Shown piece by piece: positions 38,470 through 51,190 of a DNA stretch of 64,000 nt. The stretch's first letter is position 1. Each line of letters starts with the position of its first letter. The position numbers and the translations under genes are program-made. The notes under the pieces are model-generated. The model was not told the origin of the DNA. It searched no databases and was given only the letters and a program-made list of their open reading frames with translations. The DNA comes from Mobula hypostoma (lineage: Eukaryota): positions 189,908,001 through 189,972,000 of the forward strand of contig NC_086097.1 in assembly GCF_963921235.1 (NCBI RefSeq), written 5' to 3'.

Positions 38470-39087
38470 TGTGCGGCCTCGGGGCCAAGAAGTATGGAGA
38501 TGGGCTTTAAATCTATTTCTTACAGGGGGTGTAGCTTATTCTGTTCGAAAGCTGCTTCCATCGTGCTGATTAGTTCGTTTAAACTTTGCAGTACTATTTT
38601 CCCGTTGGTTGGCTTTTGGGTGAAATGGAAACCATCTCTGATTCTGGGCATATCCTGGGGCATAAAAGATGGCACGTGCAGAGGATTCACTCTCTTCCTT
38701 TTCTGCCACCCACTGGGCCTGACTTCAGGCTGAATTCACAAACAGACCTGAAGGACCACTGAGAAACAGCATTACAGACATAGATGCACCCCCCCCCCAT
38801 GGTTTGTTTAGTTAAGTGTCTGTTCGTAGCATGCTTACTTCTTGGATTTTATAAACTGGGGAGGTTTAGCAGAGTATCTTTTCGTGTAAAGAGTAACTGA
38901 ATGGATGGTGTAATGGTTTTAGATAGCTTACACAAATACTTGTTTAGCTCATTCCCTGATTTAGTATTTCACTCTTTGTTTGTAAATAAACACCTCTCAC
39001 ACACTTTTTTAAATCAGCGTCTCCTGTTTCATTAATTGGATCCTTGAACCTGGTCTCTCATGTTACATTTGGCGTAGTCAGCAGAAT
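38470..39087 (+). mobile_element. LTR 3' end plus tRNA-Ser primer binding site (truncated LTR element)
   Basis: AATAAA at ~38985; LTR-like end ...TGTTACA (39067); then TGGCGTAGTCAGCAGAAT (39070-39087), 16/18 match to the complement of the tRNA-Ser(AGA/UGA) 3' end. Left boundary uncertain. Confidence 0.65.
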
Positions 39088-39254
39088 CCAGTGTTTGGTA
39101 CGGAAGGTGAGAATTATAGATGGATGAGTAACAGAGAAAACAAGCTACACGAGAGATGTCAAGTCCCTGGGTGGACAGATAATAGTTGATAGGGAATGGG
39201 AATGTCAGGCTAGAAAGTGAGGATGGGGAAGAGGGGATAGAGTACAGGTATTGA

Positions 39255-41252
39255 TAAACAGGAACAAATGAGCTGCTTATGGAATATAAGAAATACAGGA
39301 GAACACTCAAGAAAGAAATCAGGAGGGCTAAAAGAAGGCACAAAGCTGCTCTAACAGACAAGGTGAAGGAGAATCCTAAGGGATTCTACAGATATGTTAA
39401 GATCAAAAGGATTGCAAGGAACAAAATTGGTCCTCCGGAAGACCAGAATGGTAATCCATGTGTGGAGCCAAAACAGATGGGGGAGATCATAAATGAATTC
39501 TTTGCATCTGTATTTACACAGGAGAGGTTAGATTAGATTAGATTTGATATTCAACTTCATTGTCATTGTGCCGAGTACAGATACAAAGCCAATGAAATGC
39601 TGTTAGCATCTAACCAGAAATGTGAAGAATAGTGTTATTTATAAAATAACTGTGAATAAAAAGTAAGTGCTACAGCACACAAATATAAAAGAACTGATAC
39701 AGAACAATATGGGTGCAATACTGCTTAGCGCTGTGATGTGAGGTTCAGCAGGGTCACAGCCTCAGGGACACAGAGTCTATAGAAGTGAGGCAAATCAGGG
39801 TGGATAAGTCCCCAGGGCCTGACAAGGTGTTTCTTCAGACCCTACGGGAGGCTAATGCGGAAATATTTAAATCATCCTTGGCGCAGGGGAAGTACCAGAG
39901 GATTGGAGGATTTGAGAATTGAGGGATAGCCAATGCTGTTTTGCTGTTTAAAAAAAGACTCAAAACAGATTCTAGCCCAGTGAGTCTGAAAAAGCTGTGG
40001 GAAAGTTATTGGAAGGCATTCTAAGTGACCAGATATATAAGTATTTGTATAGTCATGGACTGATTAGGGATAGCCAGCATAGCCTCGTGTATAGTAGATG
40101 ACGTCTAACAAATTTTATCGAATTTTTTGAGGAAGTTACTAGGAAACTGGATGAAGATGAGATAGTGGATGTTGTCTACATGGACTTAAGTAAGCATTTG
40201 ACAAGATTCCACATGGGAGGCTCAACAAGATAGTTCAGTCCCTTGGCATTCAGGATGAGGTAGTAAATTGGATCAGACATTTGCTTTATGGGGGAAGTCA
40301 GAGGGTGGTAATAGATTGTTGCCTCTCTGACTGGAGGCCTGTGATTAGTGGTGTGCTGCAGGAATATATGCTGGGTCCTTTGTTGATTGTTATCTATATC
40401 AATGATATGGATGATAATGTAGTTAACTGGATGCAGATGACATCCAGATTGGGTGTGTAGTGGACAGTGGGGAAGGGCACCATGGCTTAGAGTGGGCTCT
40501 GAATGTGCTGGAAAAATGGACTGAAAAATGGCAGATGGAAATTAATGCAGAGAAGTGCACTAAGGAGTGTGGTGGAACAAAGAGATCTGGGAATGCAGGT
40601 CCATAATTTTTTGAAAGTGACATCACAGGGCTCATTGGCTCATTGGTCTTCATAAATCAATGTACTGAGTACAGGAGATGGGATGTTATGCTGAAGTTGT
40701 ATAAAACATTAATGAGTCCTAATTTGGAGTATTTTGTGCAGCTTTGGTCACCTACCTACAGGAAAGATGTAAACAAGGTTGGAAGAGTACAGAGAAAACT
40801 TACAAGGATGTTGTCAGGTCAGGTTGACCTGAGCTACATGGAAAGATTGAATAGTTTAGGATGGTATTCTTTAGGACTTACAAGACTGAGAGGAGATTTG
40901 CTAGAGGTATACAAAATTATGATGGGTATAGATAGGGTAAATGCAAGCAAGCTTTTTCTACTGAGGTTGAGAGGGACTACAACCAGAGGTCATGAAAGGT
41001 GAGAAGTTTAAGGAGAAAATGAAGTGAAGCATCTTCACTCACAGGGTTGTGAGAGTGTGGAATGAGCTGCCAGTGCAAATGGTGCATGTCGGCTCAATTT
41101 CAATGCTTAAAATGAGTTTGAATAGGTAGATGGATGGTTGGGGTATGGAGGGCTGTGGTGCTGATGCTGGAAGATGGGAGTAGGCAGTTCAAATGGCTTT
41201 GGCTTGGACTAGATGGGCTGAAGGGCCTGTTTCTGTGCTGTACTTCTCTATG
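39255..41252 (+). mobile_element. Degraded CR1 LINE containing an antisense LINE 3'-tail insertion (~39527-39765)
   Basis: KENPKGFYRYVK, EFFASVFT, NLEYFVQLWSP, RLRGDLLEVYK; CR1 tail at 41220-41252. The insert has an (ttaga)n tail. Confidence 0.88.
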
Positions 41253-41759
41253 AAATTCATTTTGGCTGTGTTTGAACCAGGACAAGGCAAATCTCCAGTC
41301 AGTTTTCTTTTCAATTGCTACCAACGAAGTGCAAGCAGAGGTTGAATTTACTATTATTCAACTTGTATTACAGCCTACGGCCAGCTTCAACCCTAGTTCA
41401 TCTGTAATATTTGGTCATTGTTGTGAATGCTGAAGCATCTTTGCATCTGAAGCATTATTTCCATATATTAATTATCTGGACAGTATTTGATACACAACAT
41501 GGAGTTTGGTGGAACAAAAAAAGTGACAAAAGACAATTTTCAGAAGGTTAAGCATTACTATATCAATAGACTTTAACTGCAGACTATATTAAGCAGGAAA
41601 CTTGTTCTGATTTTTCAGAGATGTGATGTTTTCATGCTCTGCTGATCAGACTGATTACAGCTGATACAATGCAGAGCTGCAGAATGTCCTGGCTTATTGA
41701 CTTTTGTAAACTACAAATCTCCAGCAAAATAAATGATGAAGTGTGCTTCCATCTGTCTC

Positions 41760-44700
41760 ACACTCAAAATGCTGCAAGATCTCAGCAGGCCAGGCAGCAT
41801 CCATGGACATGAATAAACAGTTGATGTCTTGGGCCGAGACTTCTTCAGGAGTGGAAAGGTATAGGGAGGACAAAATAATAAAAAGGTGGGGTGGGGAGGG
41901 GAAGGAGGATAGCTAGAAGGTGGTAGATTAAGTCAGGTGGGTGGGAAAGGTAAAAGGCTGGAGAAGAGAGATTCTGATAGGAAAGGAGAGTGGACCATTT
42001 GAGAAGGGGAAGAATGAGGGCCATCAGTGGGAGGTGATAGGCCAGAGTGGAAAGTAGAAGAGGGAAGTAGGAAGGATAAAATTACCTGAAGGAGGAATAG
42101 ATGTTCATGCCATCAGGCTGGAGGCTACCTAGACAGAATATGAGGTATTGCTCCTCCACCCTGAAAGTGGCCTGAGCATGGCCAAAGAGGAGGCCATGGA
42201 CTGATATGTCGGAACGGGAATGGAGATAGGAATGAAATCACACTTTTGGCGGATGGAGCAGAGATGTTCGACAAAGCGGTCACCCAATTTACATCAGGTC
42301 TCGTCGATATAGAGGACGCCGCACTGGGAACAGCAGATACAATAGACAACCTGAACAGATTCGCAGCTGATGCGGTGCATCACATGAGAGGGCTGTTTGG
42401 GCCATGAATGGAGGTAAGGGAGGAGGTGTATGGGCAGGTGTAGCACTTCTGTCATATGTAGGGGTATGTGCCAGGAGGGAGATTAGTGGGGAGGGACAAG
42501 CGGACAAGGGAATCATGGACAGAGTGATCGCTGTAGAAAGTAGAGAGTTGGGGGGGGGGAGGTAAAGATATGTTTGGTAGTAGTATCCTGTTGAAGATGG
42601 TGGAAGTTGTAGAGAATGACATGTTGGAGATGGAGACTAATGGGGTGGTAGGTAAGGACAAGAGGAACTCTATCACTGTTAAGGCAGTGGGAAGATGGGG
42701 TGAGAGTGGATGTCTGGGAAATGGAGTTGATGCTGGTGAGGGCAGCATCAATAGCGGAGGAAGGGAAACTCTTTTCTTTGAAGAAGACAGACATATCTGA
42801 CGTCCTGGAAACGAAGCCTCTTCCTGGGAACAGATGTGGTGGAGATGAACGTACTGAGAAAAAGGCAATATCATTTTTACAGGAGACAGGGTGTAAGGAG
42901 GTATGGTCAAGAAGGCCATGGGAATCGACAGGTTTATAAAAGATGTTGATAGATGGAGACAGAGAATAAGAAAGCGGAAAGAGGTATCAGAATTGGACCA
43001 AGTGAACTTAAGGGCAGGGTGGAAGTTGGAGACAAAGTTATCAATGTAGCACAGGAAGAGTTGGGAAGCAGTACTAGGTAAGGCTTGGAACATGGCCTAT
43101 GTAGCCATCGAAAAGGTAGGCATATCTAGGGACCACGCAGGAGCCCATGGCTGTCCCTTGAGTTTGGAGAAAGTAGGAGGATCTGAAGGAGAAGTATTGG
43201 TGGCTAGGACAAGATCTGCCAGACAGAGGATGGTGGTAGTGGAGGAGAACTGGTTGGGTCTTTTGTTGAGAAAGAAACAGAGCTTCAAGGCCTTCTTGTT
43301 GGGGGAAATCAGTGAACAGGGACTGCCCATCCTTGGCGAAAATGAGGCAGAAAAGGCCAGGGAATTGAAAGTTGTTGAGGAAATTGAAAACATGTGAAGA
43401 GAACATGAGACACGTGGATGTGAGGTGGAGTGCAGTTGAGGCATGTTTGAGAAGAAGTGGTCAGAGTGAGGTTGTAACGTGGTCGAAATGGAGTCAGGGC
43501 ATGAGAAGCTGAGGAGTTTTGGCATCCATCCACCAAAACCAAGAGCGAAGTTTGATCAATATAAATGTCGGGCCAATTTGGAAAGATCAGACAGGGGCCA
43601 GAACCAGACAGCAGGATCCAGGCCCAGAGCGTACCGAAGCGACAGTGCCCATATCTTAGAGCAAGGGACAACGCAGTGCTTGGATGATTGAAACACCGAA
43701 CTGGATGGATTGAATAGACTAGGCATCGGGGACCAGAGGCAAGCGTGGGCTGGTTCTGTTCACAACTCTGTGATGTATACTCTGGTCTCTGCAGACTAAG
43801 GCTGGGAGTATGTCCTGCTCCGGCTGCTACAGGCACCGTGTCTGTGAGCTTCAATGATTTGCCTCGCTCTGTAATGAACTGAAGCTGAGGCTGCAAGCCT
43901 GCTTCAGCTGCTCTAGGCTTCATGTCATGAACTCGCTTTCATTCTAAATGCCGCTACATGCTTTTATTGTTTACACAATTTGTGTTTTTTTTCCTCCACT
44001 CTCTGCACTTTGGGTGTTTGTAGGTCTTATTACTAATGGGTTCTTTCAGGTTTCTTCTTTTGTGGCTGCCTGAAAGGAGACAAATCTCAAGGTTGTACAT
44101 TTATACATATTTTGATAATAAATGTTCTTTGAACTTTGTTGCAGGGATGTAGGTGGAGAGGGACTCAACCAAGGGAGACACAATGGAATCGGGTTTGCGG
44201 ACATGAGTTCACTGGGGGAGGAGCAGGCAGAAATAATGGGCCTATCCAGACAGTCAGAGATTAGTGATGGCATTGGAAACAATTTTCTGATGGTCCGGAA
44301 TAAGGTCCTTTTCAAGGAGTGAGTCAGAGAAGGTGTCTGAGAATTGCCGCCTGGCATCAGCAAGGTGGGGTTAGTCTGCTACACTACAACAACACCCTCT
44401 TTGTCTGCAGGTTTGATGGCAAGGCTGAGACTGGTGTGGAGAGAGCGAAGGGCAGTGCGGACAGAGGGGGTAAGGTTCGAGAAGGAAAGAAGAGTGATGG
44501 CATTGAGCCAGTTGTTGTCTTATCAGCGATGAGAAATGAAAAGGTCTAAAACAGGCAGAAAACACAGCAGGCTATCCAAGAAGAAGAGGATGGTTGGAGA
44601 CAGGAGAAGGGGTCATTAGTGGGTGGTGGGAACTCTCAAATCAGAAATGGGTCTGGAGACAGAGGCAATGGAAGAAGAGCTCAGAGCGGTGGTGGGTGCA

Positions 44701-44822
44701 GACCTCATTGAGGAAAAAGCAAAGGGGAACAAAAGTAAGGTTATTGCTGTGGACAGACACTCTGCCTTAGAGAGGAGGAAGTCAGAGAATAGTGAAGGCA
44801 AGGCAGGAATCGCTATTTGTGT
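41760..44822 (-). mobile_element. Long decayed Penelope-like element (RT plus GIY-YIG endonuclease)
   Basis: Minus-strand motifs similar to LSEAERSVLSKGLTFVP (~44725-44790), RPIISACSSPSEL, QTQGTAMGSCVVPRYAYLF, SNFHPALKFTWS, RVPLVLTYHP, GIY-YIG region at 42130-42400; terminus at 41760-41850. Confidence 0.85.
43530..44137 (+). mobile_element. Non-coding retroposon with a Rex/Babar-like 3' tail inserted in the Penelope element
   Basis: Interrupts the Penelope RT and ends tttgataataaatgttctttgaacttt. No recognisable ORF; left boundary approximate. Confidence 0.5.
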
Positions 44823-44825
44823 ACA

Positions 44826-45232
44826 TCAACACGAAGAAATCTGCAGATGCTGGAATTTCAAGTAACACACATAAAAATTGCTGGTGAACACAACAGGCCA
44901 GGCAGCATCACTAGGAAGAGGTACAGTCGAAGTTTCGGGCTGAGACCCTTCATCAGTACTAACTGAAAGAAGAGATAGTAAGAGATTTGAAAGTGGGAGG
45001 AGGAGGGGGACATCTGAAATGATAGGAGAAGACAGGAGGGGGAGGGATGGAGCCAAGAGCTGGACAGATGATTGGCAAAAGGGATATCAGAGGATCATGG
45101 GACGGGAGGCCTAGGGAGAAAGAAAGGGGGAGGGGGGAATCCCAGAGGATGGGCAAGGGGGGCGGGAGAGGAAGAGAGGAAGAGAGGAGGAGAGGGGGAG
45201 AGGAAGAGAAGAGGAGAGGGGGAGAGGGGGAG
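44826..45232 (-). mobile_element. Younger Penelope-like terminal (pseudo-LTR) fragment
   Basis: Highly similar to 59185-59480; ends in a purine-rich simple repeat (45160-45232). Confidence 0.85.
44925..44960 (-). ncRNA. Minimal hammerhead ribozyme motif, near-intact
   Basis: AGUA-CUGAUGA-A-GGGU(CUCA)GCCC-GAAAC-UUC-GACU; one stem I mismatch and G>U in the cleavage triplet. Confidence 0.65.
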
Positions 45233-45530
45233 ATCATTTGCCAGATCATTTCTGATACCATCAAAATTGGCCTTTCTCCAGTTTAGAATCTCAATCCACG
45301 GACCAGACCTATCTTTATGCAAATTTACTTTGAGACTTGTGGCATTGTGGTCACTAGGTGCAAAGTGTTCCCCTACACAGCTTCTGTCACCTGCCCTGTC
45401 TCATTCCATAATCGCAGATCCAGTATTACACACTATCTTGTTAGGACTTCCACAAACTGATAAAGGAAGCTTTCCTGAACACATTTGACAAACTCTATCC
45501 AATCTAGTTATTTTACAGTATGGGATTCAG
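45233..45530 (-). mobile_element. CR1 endonuclease fragment
   Basis: KDRSGPWIEILNWRKANFDGIRNDLA. Confidence 0.75.
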
Positions 45531-46755
45531 ACAATCTGAACCTTTAGCTTCTGGATTACCAATATATGCCACATATCATTGGTGCATTTGGGACTTCATA
45601 GATTTTCTCTGCTCACCAAGCCAACACACTCCTTACCTATCATCCACTCAGCTCTCAACACTGACCCCAACCTGGGACCAAAGATAATTTCCCTGGCCAT
45701 TAATTCCATCTGCTAATATCTGGTTACTTACCTTTCCATCCATCATTCAGTCCTGATCCGTGAATCTGCCCCAATCTGAGCTTCTCTTTCCCTGTAACAA
45801 CCAGCCTATTTATCTGCCATCTTGATGGTGCATTCTGAGGTAATGCACCCCACCAAGTGATTTAGTATTAGCTGTTCTGCAATCAAGTGCTGACTTTTCC
45901 ATGGTCATCTGAGCCTTTATGTCCTTTTGTAATAAGATTTCAAGTTATTTATTCCCTGCAGTCACTTCGATTGAAAAATAACCATAAACCATAAAAATAA
46001 CTGAAAATGATTATGTTTCAATATGATTTTCACATAATTAATTAAAGGAAATTAAAAGATGTTTCTTTGAAATCTTAAATTAGAAACATAAACAATTGAT
46101 TAAAAAACAAAGAAATAGAACTTTTATTTTCCTTGAATTGAAAACTTAAACTTAGATAAGCATCTTCTATGTCATCTTCTGTTATCTTTAGTGTACACGT
46201 TCTTCATAAGGCAGTCCACAACATAAGTCAGCAACAGAAAACCTGTGTGATTTAGCTGCTAACTTTCAGAAAACTATCCATCATTATTCATTAATGTCAA
46301 CTTTTTTAGTTACTGAGATTTACCTTATCCTCAAAGATGCAGTAGTTATGAGTTTCAAAATTTCTCTTTGATCCTGCTTCCCAGAGCATGCTGGTTACAT
46401 CATTGCTAAAAATGTTAAGGCAAAATGAAAAGTGGATGGTAAAGTAAATTAAATAAAACATTATTAAAGCTTTCATCTCTCTTCAAGATGATCCTAGTTT
46501 GTAGTAGCAAAGTGACCCAAATCCCCGATGCCCGTGGAATCACCTGGGAAATAAACTGCTTTCCCTGTTTGATGTCAATTTATCTGCAGGCTTTACCAAT
46601 GATTGGCATACTGGTCAAGGGCTGCTGACTGATCTTCTGACAACAAGAGGTTTATAAATTAATCAAGCAAGTAAAGTTATATGCCAGACAGATCTAATTC
46701 AATTGAAATCCTATTTTTAGTCGAGTGACTGAAATGAGTGAAAAAGTAAATAAGG

Positions 46756-46773
46756 GTGGCCACCTAGTGGCCA
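46756..46773 (-). promoter_or_regulatory. Candidate CTCF binding site
   Basis: Minus strand TGGCCACTAGGTGGCCAC, close to the CTCF core consensus, in non-TE sequence. Confidence 0.5.
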
Positions 46774-47231
46774 GTGCAGATTTAATAGGTTTTCTTGAAA
46801 CTTGAGCTGGCATTGACTCTCATTTGAGCTGATTTTCCCTGCATCTCACCCTGCCTATTTCACATAATTGTGCCTTTCATGAATTAGTCTCTCTGGCCGC
46901 TTTTTCAGAGGCAGACTAGCGATAATCTCTACTTTGGTTATCATCAAATGAATCTGTTTCATTTGATGTATAGTTCAAACATCTGTGCAATATGATTTTT
47001 CTCGCAGCAGTACATTCAGATGTTTTTTTTAGCATTACATAAAGTGCTGAACATAGTATGGAAAGACAAGGCACAATTATTAAAATAAAGTAACAAGCAA
47101 AAATACACAACCTATGAGGAGTAGTTTTACAAATATCTGATCCCTGCACCTGGACCTTATAAGCTGGTTCTCACTTGGGGAATTTGGCCATGTACTATAT
47201 CTCATTTAAAAAAGATAAGAGCCTTAAGTGA

Positions 47232-47606
47232 CAGTACTGTGCAAAATTCTTAGGCACATATATAAGACCATAAGACATAGGAGCAGAATTATGCCATTCA
47301 TCCCATTAAATCTGCTCCATCATTTGATCATGACTGACCCACTTTCCTCTCAACCACTTTGCCCTGCCTTCTCCCCATAACCTTTCAAGCTCTGACTTAT
47401 TAAGAATCTATCAAACTCTGTGTTAAATACACCCAATGACTTGGCCTCCACAGCTGCTTGTAGCAGCAAATTTCACAGATACACCACCCCCTGGCTAAAG
47501 AAATTCCTCCTCGTCTCTGTTCTAAATGGACATCCCTCTATTCTGAGATTGTGCCCTCTAGTACTGTATATATAGGTAGGGTGCCTAAGACCTTTGCACA
47601 GTACTC
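47232..47606. mobile_element. Tc1-type MITE split by an antisense CR1 3' fragment (~47264-47562)
   Basis: TIRs cagtactgtgcaaaattcttaggcac / gtgcctaagacctttgcacagtact. The CR1 insert reads TRGHNLRIEGCPFRTE on the minus strand and sits in a TA-rich centre. Confidence 0.85.
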
Positions 47607-47656
47607 TAGTAATTTTATGTATTGCTGCTACAAAAAAACAAATTTCATGACACGTG

Positions 47657-47844
47657 CAAGAGAAAATCTGCAGATGCTGGAAACTCAAATAACACACACA
47701 CAAAATGCTGGAGGAACTCAGCAGGCCAAGCAGCATCTATGGAAAGGAGTGCAATCAACATTTTGGGCCCGAATCATCGACTGTACTCATTTCCGTAGAT
47801 GCTGCCTGGCCTGCTGAGTTCCCCCAGCATCTTGTGTGTGTTGC
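47657..47844. mobile_element. Fold-back Penelope-terminus element inserted in a Rex/Babar tail
   Basis: Two inverted terminal arms meet at gggccc (47765-47770). Degenerate TSD tttcatgacacgtg / tttcatgccatatg. Confidence 0.8.
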
Positions 47845-48429
47845 TTTCATGCCATATGTGAGTGATGATAAACCTGATCTTGATATAGGACTCCATTGTG
47901 GACTGACAGTGGGAACGAGGCAGGAAGAGGGGGAGAATGGTTGGTAAAAGTGAAGGGCGTCAGGAGGGAACAGGAAGCACCGGAGAGCCATTTTGTAATG
48001 ATCAATAAAGCAATTGCTTGGAATCAAATGATCTTGCCTGATATCTCAGGGCTGGGTATGTCTGCAACACGCCACCACCCCACCCCCGCACCAGGCAATC
48101 CTTCTCTGCTCATTCCCAACACTGACTATTCATTATGTGAAGTGTGGCTTAATTTCAATTTGGTATGGGACTGGTTTTCCCTCATTTCATTGCTTTTTTT
48201 ACATTTTTTTTCCCATTTGATGTGGTTGTGGTGATGTTCTAGAAAGGTAAGGTGGTAGCATTTTTCAGTATGAAGCTGTTGAATTGTTGACGAAGGAAAT
48301 TCACCTACCACCCTCCCCCATTCCCCCAAAAATAGGCAAAATAGAGTTATTTAGCACCAAGTATAAGTAGAAGTAATGAGGGAGAGAACAAGGTATTTGT
48401 AGAGCGGGAGCTGTTTAAAGACAAGTCCC

Positions 48430-48938
48430 GTTTGATTCTCATTCCTGTTCCAACATGCCGGTCCATGGCCTCTTGTGCCAAGCTGAAGCTACCCTTCAGA
48501 TTGGAGAAGCACCACCTTATATTCCATCTGGATAGACTCCAACCTGATGGCATGAATATCGATCAGTAATTTTTTCCCTCCCCCCACTGCCCACACTGGC
48601 ATTTTACCTCCTCTCACCTGCCTATCACTTCCTGGGTCTCCTCCTCCTTCCCTTTCTCCAATGGCCCACTCTCCTCTCCCATCAGTTTCCTTCTTCTCCA
48701 GCCCTTTACCTTTCCCACCCACTTGGCTTCACCTATCACCTCCTGGCTAGTCTCCTTCTCCGTCCCTCACTATTTTATTCTGGCATCTTCCCCCTTTCAT
48801 TTCAGTCCTGAAAAAAGTTCTCAGCTTGAAATGCTGACTGTTTATTGATTTTCATAGGTGCTGCCTAACCTACTGAGTTCCTCCAACATTCTGTGTGCAT
48901 TGCATTGGATTTCCAGCATCTGCAGATTTTCTCGTGTT
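48430..48938 (+). mobile_element. Penelope-like 3' fragment (GIY-YIG C-terminus plus terminus)
   Basis: RLEKHHLIFHLDRLQPDGMNID; decayed hammerhead at 48804-48839; ccagcatctgcagatttt end. Confidence 0.85.
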
Positions 48939-51190
48939 TAAATCTTGTTTAGAGTGAGTTTTATTTGAACCATAAAAAGAAATGTTATAAAAGTGGAGCA
49001 ACCATTGTGGGCTTCTATTAGTACGTAGATAAGAACATAGTAGTAGTGAGAATGGGCCCAGGGTTGGTGGTATTTTCTTTGAGTGAGATGTGGGAACTCT
49101 GGGAGATCTCCTATCTTCCTAATAACTGCATCTGCAGCTCCTTACAAACCATGTGAGGGAACTGAAGCTGAGACTGGATGACCTTTGGATCTTATGGGAG
49201 AATAAGTGGAGCTACAGAGTGGTAATTGCCTCTAAGTTGCAGGAGGCAGGTAGCTGGTTGACTGTCTGGAGAGGAAAAGGGAACAGACAGGTAGTGCAGA
49301 ATACACCTGTGTCCATTCCCCTCAATAACAAGTACAATGCTTTAGATACTGTTGGTGGGGTAGAGGGGGCGGAAATCAGTATACCAGGGGAAAGTCGCAG
49401 CCACCAGGTTTCTGGCTCTGAGTCTGTTTTTGTGGCTCAGAAGGGAAGGGGGAGAAGAAGAGTGCAGTAGTGATGGGGATTCCATAGTTAAAGGAGCAGA
49501 ATGGAAATTTGGAGGACATGAGAGAGACATACAGATGGTACATTGCTTCCCAGGAGCCAGGGTCAGGGACATCTCAGATCAGGTCCACACCATTCCAAAT
49601 GGGGAGGGCAAGTAGCCAGAAGACTTGGTACATATTGACACCAACAACCTAGGTTGGAAAAAGGATGAGGTCTTGAAGAAAGAATAGAGGGAGTAAGTTA
49701 GAAAACTGAAAAGCAAGACCTCCATGGTGGTAATCTCTGGATTGCTACCTGTGCCATGCGCTAGTGAAGGTAAGAATAAGATGAACTGGCAGATGAATGC
49801 ATGGCTGAGGAACTAGTGCAGTGGGACAGGGTTTCAGATTCCTGGATCACTGGGATCTACTTTTGTATCACCTGTACGAAAAGGATGGATTACATTTGAC
49901 TTGAGGTGGGGTTGGGCAATATCCTTGCAGGCAGGTTTGCTCGAGCTGTTGGGGAGAGTTTAAAGTAACTCGTCAGGTGGATGGGAACCTGAGCGATAGG
50001 GGCAAGGATGAGTAAGTTGGTATAGCTAAGAAAAGGATAAGAATTTAACTTCCAATAACATGGGGGCAAAATGGAAAAAGTGATGAATACAAGATTGAAA
50101 GTGTTAAATTTGAATGCACACAGTACATGGAATAAGGCAGATGATCTTGTGGTGCAGTTAGAGACTGGTAGGTATGATGTTGTGGGCACCACTGAGTCGT
50201 GGCTGAAAGAAGGTCATAGTTGAAAGCTTAACATCCAAGAATACATATTGTATCAAAAGGACAGGCAGGTAGGTCGAGGGGGTGGCTTTCTTAGTAAAAA
50301 AAATGAAATCAAATCCTTAGAAAGAGGTGACATAAGATTGGAAGATTTCAAATCCTTGTGTGTAGAGTTAAGAAACTGCAAGGGTAAAAAGACCCTTATG
50401 GGAGTTACTGTATTTACAGGCCTCCGAACGATAGCTAGGTGGTGAGGTACAAATTATAATGGGAGAGCTAAAACACATGTAAAAAGGGCAATGTTATTAT
50501 AGTCATCGGGGATTTCAATATGCAGGTAGATTGGGAAAATCAGGAGAAGGAATTTGTAGAATGCTTATGAGATTTTTCTTTAGAGCAGCTGTGGTTGAGA
50601 CCAGAAGGAAAAAAGTAATTTTTGATTGGGAATTGTGTAATAAACCAGACTTGATCAGGGAGCTTAATGTTTAGGAACACTTAAAAGGAAGCAACCATAA
50701 TATGATAGAATTCACCCTGCAGTTTTCGGAGGGAGAAGGTAAAGTCAGATGTATCAGGATTACAGTGAAGTAAAGAAATTTACAGAGGCATGAGAGAGAA
50801 GCTGGCCAAATTTGATTCGAAGGGAACACTATCAGGGATGATGGCAGAACATAGGTGGCTGGAGTTTCTGGGAGCCATTCCAAAGGTGTAGATACATCCC
50901 AAAGAAGGAGTACTCTAAAGAGAGGATGAAGTAACTGTGGCTAATAAGGGAAGTCAAAGACAGCATAAAACCAAAAGAGACGGTATACAATTTTGCAAAA
51001 AATAAGTGGGAAACTAGACGATTGGAAAGCTTTTAAAAACCAACAGAAGGCAACTATAAGGACAGAAACAATGAGAGAAAAGATCAAATATGATAGTAAG
51101 CTAGCTGATAATATAAAAGAGAAAACCAAAACAAAAGTTTTTTTCAGATATATAAAGTGTATGGAACATTCTGCTGGAAAGGTAGTAATG

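Noticed and set aside
45160..45232. Purine-rich tract as a functional G4 or triplex element
   Set aside because: Simple-repeat expansion at the end of a Penelope fragment; no evidence of function.
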